From: an uncultured Methanosarcinales archaeon
GTDB taxonomy: Archaea; Nanobdellota; Nanobdellia; Woesearchaeales; BS150m-G63
Assembly: GCA_964630685.1 (NCBI GenBank)
Contig: CAZVVW010000003.1
Coordinates: 32,110 to 96,109, forward strand
Length of the DNA stretch: 64,000 nucleotides
Direction: 5' to 3'
This document shows, in pieces, positions 1 through 8,840 of this stretch; positions within the stretch are counted from its first letter, which is position 1; each line of letters starts with the position of its first letter. Both the position numbers and the translations under genes were made by a program. The notes below the pieces were generated by a model. The model worked only from the letters and a program-made list of their open reading frames with translations, was not told the origin of the DNA and did no database searches.

Positions 1-939
1 TGCCAAGCAATTAAAAGAACAAAAGATGATGACACTTATAATTTATCTCGATTGGGGATTCCTTTAATTGAGATTGCTACTGCACCCGATATCTCTTCCC
101 CTCAAGAATGTCAATTGGTTGCAGAACATCTTGGTATGTTATTGAGAAGCACAGGTAAAGCCAAAAGGGGAATTGGTACAATAAGACAAGATGTTAATGT
201 TTCTATTTCAAAAGGTGCTCGTGTAGAAGTAAAGGGATTTCAAGAGTTGAAAAGCATTCCAAAAGTTATTGATTATGAAATAGACAGACAATTAACCTTA
301 GTAAAAAAACATAAAAAAATTCAAAAAGAGGTTAGAAAAGCAGAACCTGATATGACTACTTCTTTTTTAAGGCCCATGCCAGGGGCTTCGAGAATGTATC
401 CTGAAACAGATATAAAACCAATAGAAGTTACAAATGAATTGTTGAAAAAAGTTCCCAAAATTAGGCTGATAAAAGACTTGATAAAAGAAGTTGAGAAAAA
501 ATATAAACTCGGTAAAGAATTGTCTGTAGAGATTATAAAAAAAGGAGTGGATATAGATAAATTCGCTAGGAAATATCCTAATATAAGGGTTGAATTTATT
601 GCTCAAACTTTGATTAATTCTCCAAAAGAGGTTAAGAAAAGGTATGGATTGAAATTAAATGTTGTTGAAATTATAAGCCCTATTTTTGAGAAATTAAATG
701 ATGGTGAAATCACAAAAGAAGCTGTGTTTGAATTAGTTGTGTTAATTGCTCAAGGGAAAAAACCAAACTATAATAAATATAAACCTGTTTCAGAAGGTAA
801 TATAGTTGAAGAAATAAAAAAAGTTATAGCAAAAAATAAGGGGGCTCCGGTGAATGCTCTGATGGGTATTCTTATGTCTAAATACCGTGGGAAAATAGAT
901 GGTAAAAAGGCAATGGAGCTTATCAAAAAATACGCATAA
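1..939 (+). CDS. gatE: Glu-tRNA(Gln) amidotransferase subunit E, 5'-truncated by the window edge
   Basis: Frame is open from base 1. Motifs LGIPLIEIAT, RGIGTIRQDVNVSI and RPMPGASRMYPETD, plus a C-terminal YqeY-like tail (ALMGILMSKYRGKIDG). Confidence 0.95.
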   Translation, partial: CQAIKRTKDDDTYNLSRLGIPLIEIATAPDISSPQECQLVAEHLGMLLRSTGKAKRGIGTIRQDVNVSISKGARVEVKGFQELKSIPKVIDYEIDRQLTLVKKHKKIQKEVRKAEPDMTTSFLRPMPGASRMYPETDIKPIEVTNELLKKVPKIRLIKDLIKEVEKKYKLGKELSVEIIKKGVDIDKFARKYPNIRVEFIAQTLINSPKEVKKRYGLKLNVVEIISPIFEKLNDGEITKEAVFELVVLIAQGKKPNYNKYKPVSEGNIVEEIKKVIAKNKGAPVNALMGILMSKYRGKIDGKKAMELIKKYA

Positions 940-940
940 A

Positions 941-1687
941 ATGTTAAGCATAATAATTATAGCAAAAAATGAGGAAGAATTTCTTCCTAGATTATTGAAG
1001 AGTATAGAGGTGCAAGACTATGATGATTATGAAGTTATTCTGAGTGATGCAAAAAGCACTGATAGCACAAGAGATATAGCGAAAAGTTATGGGTGCAAGA
1101 TTGTTGAGGGTGGACTTCCATCTATTGGAAGAAATAATGGCGCCAAAGTTGCAAAAGGGGAATTATTGTTATTTTTAGATGCTGATGTAAAGATGCCTGC
1201 TCATTTTTTGGAGAATGCTGTGACGGAATTCAAAAAAAGAAAACTAGCTACTGGAACTCCTTTGTATAAACCCATTACAGACAAAACTATTGATAAGGTT
1301 TTATATGATGCGTATAATATATGGGCGGTTGCTACTCAACATTTTTATCCACATAGTGCAGGATTTTGTATTTTTTCAAGAAAAGATGTTTTTGATAATA
1401 TTAATGGTTTTGATGAAGATCTTTTAATGGCAGAAGATCATGATTATGTAAATAGAGGTAAAAAATATGGAAAGTTTAGAATTTTGAAAAAATCAAATAT
1501 TCTTGTTGATGTACGTAGGTTAGATAAAGAAGGAAGATTTGTATTAGCAAAAAAATACCTTCAAGGAGCAATTCATAGAACTTTCAAAGGTGAAATGCAT
1601 AAACCTCCTTTTGAATATGAGCTCCATGGTGGTGTGGAGATAACAAATGAAGTTAAAAAACTCAAGAAAAAGAAAAAGTCAAACTGA
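941..1687 (+). CDS. Glycosyltransferase family 2
   Basis: SIIIIAKNEE, DAKSTD, LFLDAD and AEDHD motifs. ATG at 941 follows the gatE stop; the ORF-track start at 899 overlaps gatE. Confidence 0.9.
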   Translation: MLSIIIIAKNEEEFLPRLLKSIEVQDYDDYEVILSDAKSTDSTRDIAKSYGCKIVEGGLPSIGRNNGAKVAKGELLLFLDADVKMPAHFLENAVTEFKKRKLATGTPLYKPITDKTIDKVLYDAYNIWAVATQHFYPHSAGFCIFSRKDVFDNINGFDEDLLMAEDHDYVNRGKKYGKFRILKKSNILVDVRRLDKEGRFVLAKKYLQGAIHRTFKGEMHKPPFEYELHGGVEITNEVKKLKKKKKSN

Positions 1688-2665
1688 TTTCTTTAAAATT
1701 CCTAATCCTTTGAAAGAGAGGTAAGTTAATCCTCCAAAAGTTATAATTATATCTCTAAATCTAATCAATAAACTGAGTACTACTCCTACACTCGCTCCTA
1801 AACCCATCAAACTAAATAAAGATGCTTGTCCACTTTCTAGTGCACCTAGTGCGGCAGGGACTGGAACAATATATGCAAAACCAACTACGGCAATAACTGA
1901 AAAAAGAGTGACTAAATTAACATTATAACCTATTGTTAATAAGAGCATCTTGTATTCTAAAAACATTATCATCCAAGTTCCTAAACTTATAAGTAATGCT
2001 AAAAGTGCATCTCTTTTGTGGTGTTTGAAAAAGATTATGACTTCTTCTTCTGATTTTTTTATTTCTTTTTTGTGTTTTTTGACAAACTTTAATTTGTTTA
2101 ATCTTAAGATTTTTAGGAGGGGATCAAATAATGGGCCTCCTTGCATTATTCTTCTATAAAATAAATAAATTCCTACCATTAAAATAATGGGGCCTATAAT
2201 CATTATGATTTTTGTGTTTTCAGATATCGCAAAGTGACTTATCAATACTAATGCACCCATAAAGGTAAACAATGCGTTGAATACCATTTCAAATGATTTA
2301 TCTAACACGACAGATGACGCTGCTACGTGAGGTTTTGCTCCATCTTTGATTAATAGATAACTACTTGCGATTCCTCCACCCATAAATGCCATAGGGGTTA
2401 AGAAACTAATAGACACTTCGGTTATTTTGCATAAAAATAATTTAAAAAATTTAATATCTGCGTTCTTTGTTTTGAGTATGACTGCCCATTTAAGTGCTCT
2501 TCCTATCAAAATTAAGAGAGAGACTAAAAAGAAAAGCCCTAAATATTTCATAGAAATCTTTGAAAAAACATTTAAAATATTATTTATGCCACTTCCGAAA
2601 AATGCGACTAAGAATAATGAAATTCCCACAATAAATGATGCTGCTAAAAATATTTTCTTTTTCAT
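1679..2665 (-). CDS. Lysylphosphatidylglycerol-synthase-TM / UPF0104 flippase-like membrane protein
   Basis: Polytopic hydrophobic pattern with RALKW, SFLTP..GG and PVPAALGALE...R.R motifs typical of this family. Confidence 0.8.
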   Translation of the reverse strand: MKKKIFLAASFIVGISLFLVAFFGSGINNILNVFSKISMKYLGLFFLVSLLILIGRALKWAVILKTKNADIKFFKLFLCKITEVSISFLTPMAFMGGGIASSYLLIKDGAKPHVAASSVVLDKSFEMVFNALFTFMGALVLISHFAISENTKIIMIIGPIILMVGIYLFYRRIMQGGPLFDPLLKILRLNKLKFVKKHKKEIKKSEEEVIIFFKHHKRDALLALLISLGTWMIMFLEYKMLLLTIGYNVNLVTLFSVIAVVGFAYIVPVPAALGALESGQASLFSLMGLGASVGVVLSLLIRFRDIIITFGGLTYLSFKGLGILKKSV

Positions 2666-2668
2666 CTT

Positions 2669-2698
2669 GATTATTAAAACGGACCAGGAGGGATTTGA
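2669..2698 (-). repeat. 30-bp direct duplicate of the tRNA-Arg 3' end plus downstream flank
   Basis: gattattaaaacggaccaggagggatttga is identical at 2669-2698 and 2825-2854. Confidence 0.95.
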
Positions 2699-2824
2699 GA
2701 CCTACAGTTTCGGCTGAATAGGCTACGAAAAGCGACACACTAAGACTTAGGTCTTAGAGGTCCCTTAATACCCTCTTCGATTCATTTCTTTAATTGAAAA
2801 TTTATATTATTATTTAATATAATC
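2699..2824. mobile_element. Short non-coding hairpin element between duplicated tRNA-Arg 3' ends (putative non-autonomous tRNA-targeted element)
   Basis: Carries modules shared with the tRNA-Ser locus (cctacagtttcggctg..taggc; ttaatacYctcttYgattYat) and the tRNA-Thr locus (gcgacacactaag-N8-cttagaggtccc). Confidence 0.55.
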
Positions 2825-2835
2825 GATTATTAAAA

Positions 2836-2910
2836 CGGACCAGGAGGGATTTGAACCCTCGATCCCTTCCTTAGGAGGGAAGTGCCTTATCCAGGCTAGG
2901 CTACTGGTCC
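2836..2910 (-). tRNA. tRNA-Arg(CCT)
   Basis: Reverse complement folds as a cloverleaf: acceptor GGACCAG/CTGGTCC, anticodon arm CTTCC-CTCCTAA-GGAAG, T-loop GGTTCAAATCC. Confidence 0.96.
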
Positions 2911-2965
2911 AATAAACACCAATTATAAGGTAAGCTTTTTATAACTTTTTCTTTTTCTAAGGTAT

Positions 2966-3955
2966 ATGTATAAGATAAAGCAAATTCCGGAAGATTTTGT
3001 TGTTAAAGAAGAATTAAAACTAAAATTGGGTAAGGGGGATTATTACTATTTCTCACTTAAAAAAATTAATTGGACCACACATCAATCGATTGAAAAAATA
3101 GCGAAAATTCTGAATCTGTCTGTGAAGAATATTGGTTGTGCAGGAAATAAAGACAAAAAAGCAGTAACTACTCAAACAATATCTATTAAATCTTCAAAAC
3201 CTCTTGAAAAGTTTAAATTAACTCGAGATAATTTAAAGTTGAGTTATCTTGGAAAAGGGAGTTCTCCAATTAGTTTGGGTGATTTGGATAAAAATAATTT
3301 TGAGATAATTGTGAGAGATATTACTGAAAAGCCTAAAAATGTAGCGGTTGTTCCAAATTATTTTGATGAACAAAGATTTAGTAAAAATAATGCAGAAATA
3401 GGTGGGTTGATTGTTAAAAAAGAATTTAAGGGTGCAGGAGAATTATTGAAACAAAATAAACATCATTCGTTTGAAGAACACCTAAATAAAAATCAGACTG
3501 ATTATCTTGGAGCTATTAGAAAGATTTCCAAAAAAATTCTTATGTTATATGTTCATTCTTATCAAAGTTTATTGTTTAATGAAATGTTAAATGATTATGT
3601 GAAAAAAAATTATAAACACAAAACAATTAAAACTAATTTTGGTGAATTATCTTTTCCCTTGGGGAGTATTAAACAATTCAAATTGCCATTAATTGGTTTT
3701 ATGACTAAAGAAAATAATACTGTAAAAGAAGTTCTGAAAAAAGAAAAGCTGTGCCTTAGGGATTTTGTGATAAGACAAATTCCTAATCTAAGTCAAGAAG
3801 GTCAAATAAGACTTAGTTTTATTTATTTAGCTGATTTAAAAATTTCTAATTTACAACAAGATGAATTTAATAAGCTAAAAAGTAAGGTAAAATTAAAATT
3901 TAGCCTCCCAAAAGGAAGCTATGCGACAATGGTTGTAAAGAATTTATTCCTCTAA
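2966..3955 (+). CDS. truD: tRNA pseudouridine(13) synthase TruD
   Basis: PEDFVVKE, GNKDKKAVTTQ, PNYFDEQRF and F.LPKGSYAT motifs. Confidence 0.95.
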   Translation: MYKIKQIPEDFVVKEELKLKLGKGDYYYFSLKKINWTTHQSIEKIAKILNLSVKNIGCAGNKDKKAVTTQTISIKSSKPLEKFKLTRDNLKLSYLGKGSSPISLGDLDKNNFEIIVRDITEKPKNVAVVPNYFDEQRFSKNNAEIGGLIVKKEFKGAGELLKQNKHHSFEEHLNKNQTDYLGAIRKISKKILMLYVHSYQSLLFNEMLNDYVKKNYKHKTIKTNFGELSFPLGSIKQFKLPLIGFMTKENNTVKEVLKKEKLCLRDFVIRQIPNLSQEGQIRLSFIYLADLKISNLQQDEFNKLKSKVKLKFSLPKGSYATMVVKNLFL

Positions 3956-4573
3956 TGCTTTTTCTACATTAGGGTATGCTTCTTCTAATTGAGGATTTGC
4001 GTCCACTGTTTTTAATATATTTTTGTTTTTATAAAATTCAATTAAAGGAGATGTTTGTTCACGAAACACATTTAATCTATTTTTGATAGTTTCTTCATTA
4101 TCATCATCTCTTTGAAATAATTCTCCTTTACAGGCATCACAAATACCTTCCACTTTTGGAGGCATATTTGTCATGTGAAAAATCTTTCCACACCTTTTAC
4201 AAGTTCTTCTTCCACTAAGTCTTTGCACTACTGTTTCTTCTGTGCAATCGAGTAATAATACTTTATCAATTTCTGCTATATTTTCAAGTGCTTCTGCTTG
4301 AGCGAGTGTTCTTGGAAATCCATCTAAAATATATCCATTTTCACAATCATCTTTTTTTAGTCTATCTTTAAGTAACTCGATTACTAATTCGTCTGGAACT
4401 AAATTTCCCTTGTCAGCGTATGATTTAAATTTTAGTCCTAATTCGCTACCTTGTTTAATGTTTTCTCTGATAATGTCTCCCATGCTTATTTGGGGGATAT
4501 TGTATTTTTTAGAAATCAGCTTAGCGTGACTTCCTTTTCCTGCTCCTGGTGCTCCCAATAATATTAGTTTCAT
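3944..4573 (-). CDS. adk: Adenylate kinase (bacterial-type, Zn lid)
   Basis: GAPGAGKG P-loop, LDGFPRT, CxxC...CxxC lid, QRDDD. Confidence 0.96.
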   Translation of the reverse strand: MKLILLGAPGAGKGSHAKLISKKYNIPQISMGDIIRENIKQGSELGLKFKSYADKGNLVPDELVIELLKDRLKKDDCENGYILDGFPRTLAQAEALENIAEIDKVLLLDCTEETVVQRLSGRRTCKRCGKIFHMTNMPPKVEGICDACKGELFQRDDDNEETIKNRLNVFREQTSPLIEFYKNKNILKTVDANPQLEEAYPNVEKALEE

Positions 4574-4604
4574 TGTATATATCTCACCTTTAATTTATTC
4601 AAAT

Positions 4605-4715
4605 AAGCCTCGGGAGCCAACTTTTAAAAAAGTTGGATCAAAAGGATGTGCGACACACTAAGGCTAAAGCCTTAGAGGTCCCACCAACTCTTTCGCTTCG
4701 CTCGACTTATTATAA
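4605..4715. mobile_element. Short hairpin element bounded by a 12-bp duplicate of the tRNA-Thr 3' end
   Basis: aagcctcgggag occurs at 4605-4616 and 4716-4727. Inside are the palindrome ccaactttt-aa-aaaagttgg (4617-4636) and the module gcgacacactaag-N8-cttagaggtccc (4650-4682), shared with the Arg locus. Confidence 0.55.
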
Positions 4716-4716
4716 A

Positions 4717-4811
4717 AGCCTCGGGAGGGATTTGCACCCACGACCTTGGGATATCTTTATTTTCTTGTGAAAATTTACAAGTCCCACGCTCTGCTAACTG
4801 AGCTACCGAGG
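4717..4811 (-). tRNA. tRNA-Thr(TGT) with 22-nt intron at 37/38 (intron 4753-4774)
   Basis: Acceptor GCCTCGG/CCGAGGC; anticodon arm TGGGA-CTTGTA|A-TCCCA after intron removal; relaxed BHB (CTTG/AAAG central helix, ATTTT/GAAAT outer helix); atypical T-loop TGCAAAT. Confidence 0.9.
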
Positions 4812-4865
4812 CATGAAGTCAAAAAGAAATAAGTGCTTTATAAATATTTCTAAAATAAGATTCAA

Positions 4866-5369
4866 TTATTTATATCTATATAAATTTAAGAAAGACTTAA
4901 TATTATCATGTATATCATTAACGTCTTTAATTAAGTTCTTTTTCCAAGAATCCATATAAGATTTATAGAAGAACTTATCAAATAATGCCCTTATAAAAAT
5001 AAACATAGGTTTTTGTTCCCATCTTTGTTCCCAGTCTGTGGTTAAATACCCATCAAAAACGAAATGAACCTTTCCTTTGTTCATTTTTATTTTAGTTCCA
5101 TCTTTTTCAATCTCTATTTCTGTGACATCTTTTAAGATCATTCTTATCTTTATCTCGTTTTTTACGTATTCTGTTTGTTTTTTCCAAGGCATTGATTCAA
5201 CTTCAATATATTTCCCTTTAGGTGTTACTTTTTCAATGGTTTTAAGCTCCCTTTTATCATAACCAGTATTTCTTAACCAATTATCTATGAGATTATAAAG
5301 ATCTGTAGCTTTGAACAAACCCTCATAAGTGAGCCTTACTTGCTCAATGATTAAATCCATTTCTGCCAT
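4866..5369 (-). CDS. Uncharacterised protein, paralog 3 of a tandem triplet
   Basis: 167 aa. Shares YxGxF..xLY..I..W and ..W.K.(T/S).Y.K..I patterns with the two upstream ORFs. Confidence 0.85.
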   Translation of the reverse strand: MAEMDLIIEQVRLTYEGLFKATDLYNLIDNWLRNTGYDKRELKTIEKVTPKGKYIEVESMPWKKQTEYVKNEIKIRMILKDVTEIEIEKDGTKIKMNKGKVHFVFDGYLTTDWEQRWEQKPMFIFIRALFDKFFYKSYMDSWKKNLIKDVNDIHDNIKSFLNLYRYK

Positions 5370-5424
5370 AGTAATATTCTCCTAAGGATAAATCCTTAAA
5401 AACTTTGCCTTTTTTGTGTGTTTC

Positions 5425-6045
5425 TTACCATACATCTTCAAAGGCATTTCCTTTTCCAGTCATATCTAAATATTCTTTGATTTGCCCTTCAAATTTTTCT
5501 ATAATATAATGAAGTCTGTCAGACCACATATTATCCATTGGTTTGAAAAATATAAATCTATCTAAGAATTTTTTTAGTTGAAGTCCGAATGGATTATCTT
5601 GGAATCTTTTTTGATAATCTGTTTCTACATCTCCCCAAAATTCAAGTATGAATTTACCTTTATACATTGTTTTCTTTTCCCCTTTTTCAACTATTTCTAT
5701 TTTTCTGACATCAAAAGTATGCATTTCTAACTTAATATTATATTTATAATACTCAGTTACTTTTCTCCAACCAGTCCATTTAAACTCTTCTTCCACTCCA
5801 AAAATTGTGGGTACTTTGTATTTATAATCTTCTTCTTCAAAAAAATAATGTCTATTTCTAAACCACTTTACTATAAAATGATATAGCCCATCCCAATCAA
5901 AAACTCCATCATAAATAATCCTAGAATAGGGGTGATTACCCATTAATTTAGAATCCCCTTCTTTTTCGTATTTTGGTGGACGTTTTACAGGAGTATATTT
6001 CTTTGCATCCTGATTTTCTTTTTTATTTCCCCCTTTTTTAGTCAT
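5425..6045 (-). CDS. Uncharacterised protein, paralog 2 of a tandem triplet
   Basis: 206 aa; YDGVFDWDGLYHFIVKWF, WRKVTEYYKY, GKFILEFWGDVETDY. Confidence 0.85.
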   Translation of the reverse strand: MTKKGGNKKENQDAKKYTPVKRPPKYEKEGDSKLMGNHPYSRIIYDGVFDWDGLYHFIVKWFRNRHYFFEEEDYKYKVPTIFGVEEEFKWTGWRKVTEYYKYNIKLEMHTFDVRKIEIVEKGEKKTMYKGKFILEFWGDVETDYQKRFQDNPFGLQLKKFLDRFIFFKPMDNMWSDRLHYIIEKFEGQIKEYLDMTGKGNAFEDVW

Positions 6046-6050
6046 GATAA

Positions 6051-6638
6051 TTATTCACCAACACCTTTTCTTGGAAAAAAGTTTCCTTGAGATTCTGATT
6101 CTGGCAAATCCATACGCACTTCAAGATAATCTTTTATTGCTTCTCTAAACCTATATGTTTCCCTATATAATTGATCCCTTAAACTCACTATTTTCTTTTT
6201 GAATAATCTGCTTCTGAATACATCGCTTATGTGTTTTAAGAAAAGATGATTCGCCCACCCACTCTCATAATCAGTAATAACCCAAGAATCAATAATAATT
6301 TCTATTTCACCCCAATTGGTTTTGAATTTTTTTCCGTCTTTCATTACTTCAACTGAACGGAGGAGGATAATATGTCCACTTATATTCATCTCCCATTTGT
6401 AATATTTACTTCCTGCAGGGGTTTTTGATGGCCTCCATACAAACCAGGCTTCTGTGCCCCCTAAAGCAGATTCGTTTTGTCCATTAAATATTTCTGGAAA
6501 ATCTTTATCACTTCTCGTTGCCCATTCTTCTTGGACTAACCATTCGTGCATTAAATAATAAAGATTTTTTAAATGGAAATGTTCTTTGAATTTTACTCTA
6601 AATTGAGCTGCTTTCACCTTTTTTGGATACATTGCCAT
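6051..6638 (-). CDS. Uncharacterised protein, paralog 1 of a tandem triplet
   Basis: 195 aa; FKEHFHLKNLYYLMHEWL, GEIEIIIDSWVITDY; GGGTG SD-like motif upstream. Confidence 0.85.
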   Translation of the reverse strand: MAMYPKKVKAAQFRVKFKEHFHLKNLYYLMHEWLVQEEWATRSDKDFPEIFNGQNESALGGTEAWFVWRPSKTPAGSKYYKWEMNISGHIILLRSVEVMKDGKKFKTNWGEIEIIIDSWVITDYESGWANHLFLKHISDVFRSRLFKKKIVSLRDQLYRETYRFREAIKDYLEVRMDLPESESQGNFFPRKGVGE

Positions 6639-6837
6639 AATGCACCCTAATTCTCAGTTTTATTTAAAAGTTTCGAATTACACAAAAAGAATAAAGAAAA
6701 TAAATTTTTTATGGTAAAAAATTGTTGAAAATCAGTTGCAAGTTTACAAAAATGTAAAAGTTAGGATTCTTCTTGTAAATTTTAAAATTAATTAAAATAC
6801 AAAACTTTTTTATATCCTTATTAGATTTAATGAAATT

Positions 6838-8037
6838 ATGTTAGTTGGTATCGTGGGGAAGCCAAATTGTGGAAAATCTACATTTTTTAAGGCGTTGACT
6901 TTGGCAGATGTAGAAATAGCTAATTATCCTTTTGCAACAATCAAGCCCAATCATGGAGTTGGTTTTGTGAGGGTTGAATGCGTGGATAAAGAATTTGACA
7001 CCCAATGTAATCCTAGAGAGGGGTTTTGTGTAAATCACACTAGATTCGTACCTGTTGATGTGATTGATGTTGCTGGATTGGTGCCTGGAGCGCATGAAGG
7101 AAAAGGCATGGGAAATCAATTCTTAAGTGACTTAAATCAAGCAAATGCACTTGTACATGTAATTGATTGTTCTGGAGGTACAAATGAAAAAGGGGAATCT
7201 GTTGATTCTGGTAGTTATGATCCTGCTAATGATATTCGTTTCCTTGAAACGGAACTTGACCATTGGTATTTTGGAATACTAAAAAAGGGTTGGGAAAAGT
7301 TTGCAAGACAAGTGCAACAAGAACATAGGGAGATTGCTGTCTCTTTGGCTAAACAGCTCTCTGGACTGGGTGTGGATGAAGATATGGCTAAAAAGGTTAT
7401 TTCTTCTGTTGGTGTAAATAAAGAAACCCCTGCTTCCTGGACAGAAAAAGAATTATTGGAATTAGCTACTCAATTTAGAAAACTTACAAAACCAATGATT
7501 ATTGCAGCAAATAAAATTGATGTTCCTGGAGCAATGGATAATTTTGAAAAATTGAAAAAGGAGTTTAGTGATTATATGATTGTGCCTTGTAGTGCAGAAT
7601 CTGAATTGGCGCTCAAAGAAGCTGTGAAACATAAATTAATTGATTATATTCCTGGAGGAGGGGTGTTTTCTGTTATTGATGATGTGGAGATTTCCGATAA
7701 ACAGAAAAATGCGCTGGAATTTATAAAATCCCGTCTTCTGGAAAAACTATCTACAACAGGAGTTCAGAAAGTATTAGAAAATGCAATATTCAAACTATTG
7801 GATTATATTGCAATATTTCCTGGAGGAACTAAAAAATTAGAAGATCAATATGGTAATGTGCTTCCTGACTGTTTTTTAATGAAAAATGGTGCTACTGCAT
7901 TGGATTTTGCGTATCACATTCATTCAGATATTGGGGATAAATTTATTCGTGCGATAGATGTTAAGACAAAAAGGACTGTAGGTAAAGAGCACCATCTTAA
8001 ACATAGAGATGTTGTAGAAATAATAACTTCCAAATAA
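6838..8037 (+). CDS. ychF: Obg-family YchF-like P-loop NTPase with TGS domain
   Basis: GKPNCGKST, YPFATIKPN, DVAGLV, ANKID and C-terminal TGS (TALDFAYHIHSDIG). Confidence 0.93.
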   Translation: MLVGIVGKPNCGKSTFFKALTLADVEIANYPFATIKPNHGVGFVRVECVDKEFDTQCNPREGFCVNHTRFVPVDVIDVAGLVPGAHEGKGMGNQFLSDLNQANALVHVIDCSGGTNEKGESVDSGSYDPANDIRFLETELDHWYFGILKKGWEKFARQVQQEHREIAVSLAKQLSGLGVDEDMAKKVISSVGVNKETPASWTEKELLELATQFRKLTKPMIIAANKIDVPGAMDNFEKLKKEFSDYMIVPCSAESELALKEAVKHKLIDYIPGGGVFSVIDDVEISDKQKNALEFIKSRLLEKLSTTGVQKVLENAIFKLLDYIAIFPGGTKKLEDQYGNVLPDCFLMKNGATALDFAYHIHSDIGDKFIRAIDVKTKRTVGKEHHLKHRDVVEIITSK

Positions 8038-8053
8038 TAATTCCAATAAAAAG

Positions 8054-8428
8054 TTATTTTTTTAGTTTTTTGAAGCTTTCAGGAATATCTATAACATATT
8101 TTCCTTCTTCTAATTTGAAAATAAGGGGTTCTCCTTTGAAAAGTTTAACGATATCTAGCTCGTATTGGCCTGGTTTTTTGATTTTAATGGATTCTAAGTC
8201 GAGTACTATTGGCTTTTCTTTTGGCATTTCGCCACCAACCATACCAATAATATCTTTTTCTATCTCTTTTTTCTCTTTTTTGGTTAATTTGGTGGTCTCT
8301 TCTTTAACTTCTTTTAATCTTTCTTTTCTGATATAGAAAAATAATTTTGCACCACATTTACATCCTTTTAGAATTTCTTCGGCACCATCTTCATAAAATG
8401 TATTGCACCTTACACATTGATGTGGCAT
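8054..8428 (-). CDS. oapC: Zn-ribbon protein OapC/ArvC (DUF2072-like)
   Basis: MPHQCVRC...GCKCG N-terminus and LESIKI..PGQYELD motif; third gene of a GTPase operon. Confidence 0.85.
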   Translation of the reverse strand: MPHQCVRCNTFYEDGAEEILKGCKCGAKLFFYIRKERLKEVKEETTKLTKKEKKEIEKDIIGMVGGEMPKEKPIVLDLESIKIKKPGQYELDIVKLFKGEPLIFKLEEGKYVIDIPESFKKLKK

Positions 8429-8434
8429 TTTAAC

Positions 8435-8839
8435 CTATTTCCTCTTTCTTTTTCTGATTACTTTTTTCTTAGATTCTTCAATCATAAACTGAAGTTTTTT
8501 AGGATCTTTTTTCACTTTTTTAACAATATTTGCAGGACCAACCAAAGTTAAACCTTGTCTATCGCCCAATAAAGCGTTTACAACAGTGCTTTTTACTTTT
8601 TCAAAACCAGTTAAAGCACCATTGTCTGTTGGATTCATAACTGCTAATTCAATTCCTTTGAATTCTTTGTTAATTTCTTCCATTGTTGTTTTGATTAACT
8701 CTGCTTCTTCTTCTTTTCTAAGTCTTCCGTGTAATAACACTACTTTGTTATCTTTTGCCATATTCAATAACTTTCTGATTCTCCCCACAGAACTCAATCC
8801 ATGGATTTCTGAATATGGAACTATTTGTAAAGTCAACAT
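8435..8839 (-). CDS. oapB: OapB/ArvB (DUF2073-like)
   Basis: LLHGRL..EEEAELI..TM..I...F.GIE and GLTLVGPAN motifs; lies between the GTPase and Zn-ribbon genes. Confidence 0.85.
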   Translation of the reverse strand: MLTLQIVPYSEIHGLSSVGRIRKLLNMAKDNKVVLLHGRLRKEEEAELIKTTMEEINKEFKGIELAVMNPTDNGALTGFEKVKSTVVNALLGDRQGLTLVGPANIVKKVKKDPKKLQFMIEESKKKVIRKRKRK

Positions 8840-8840
8840 T

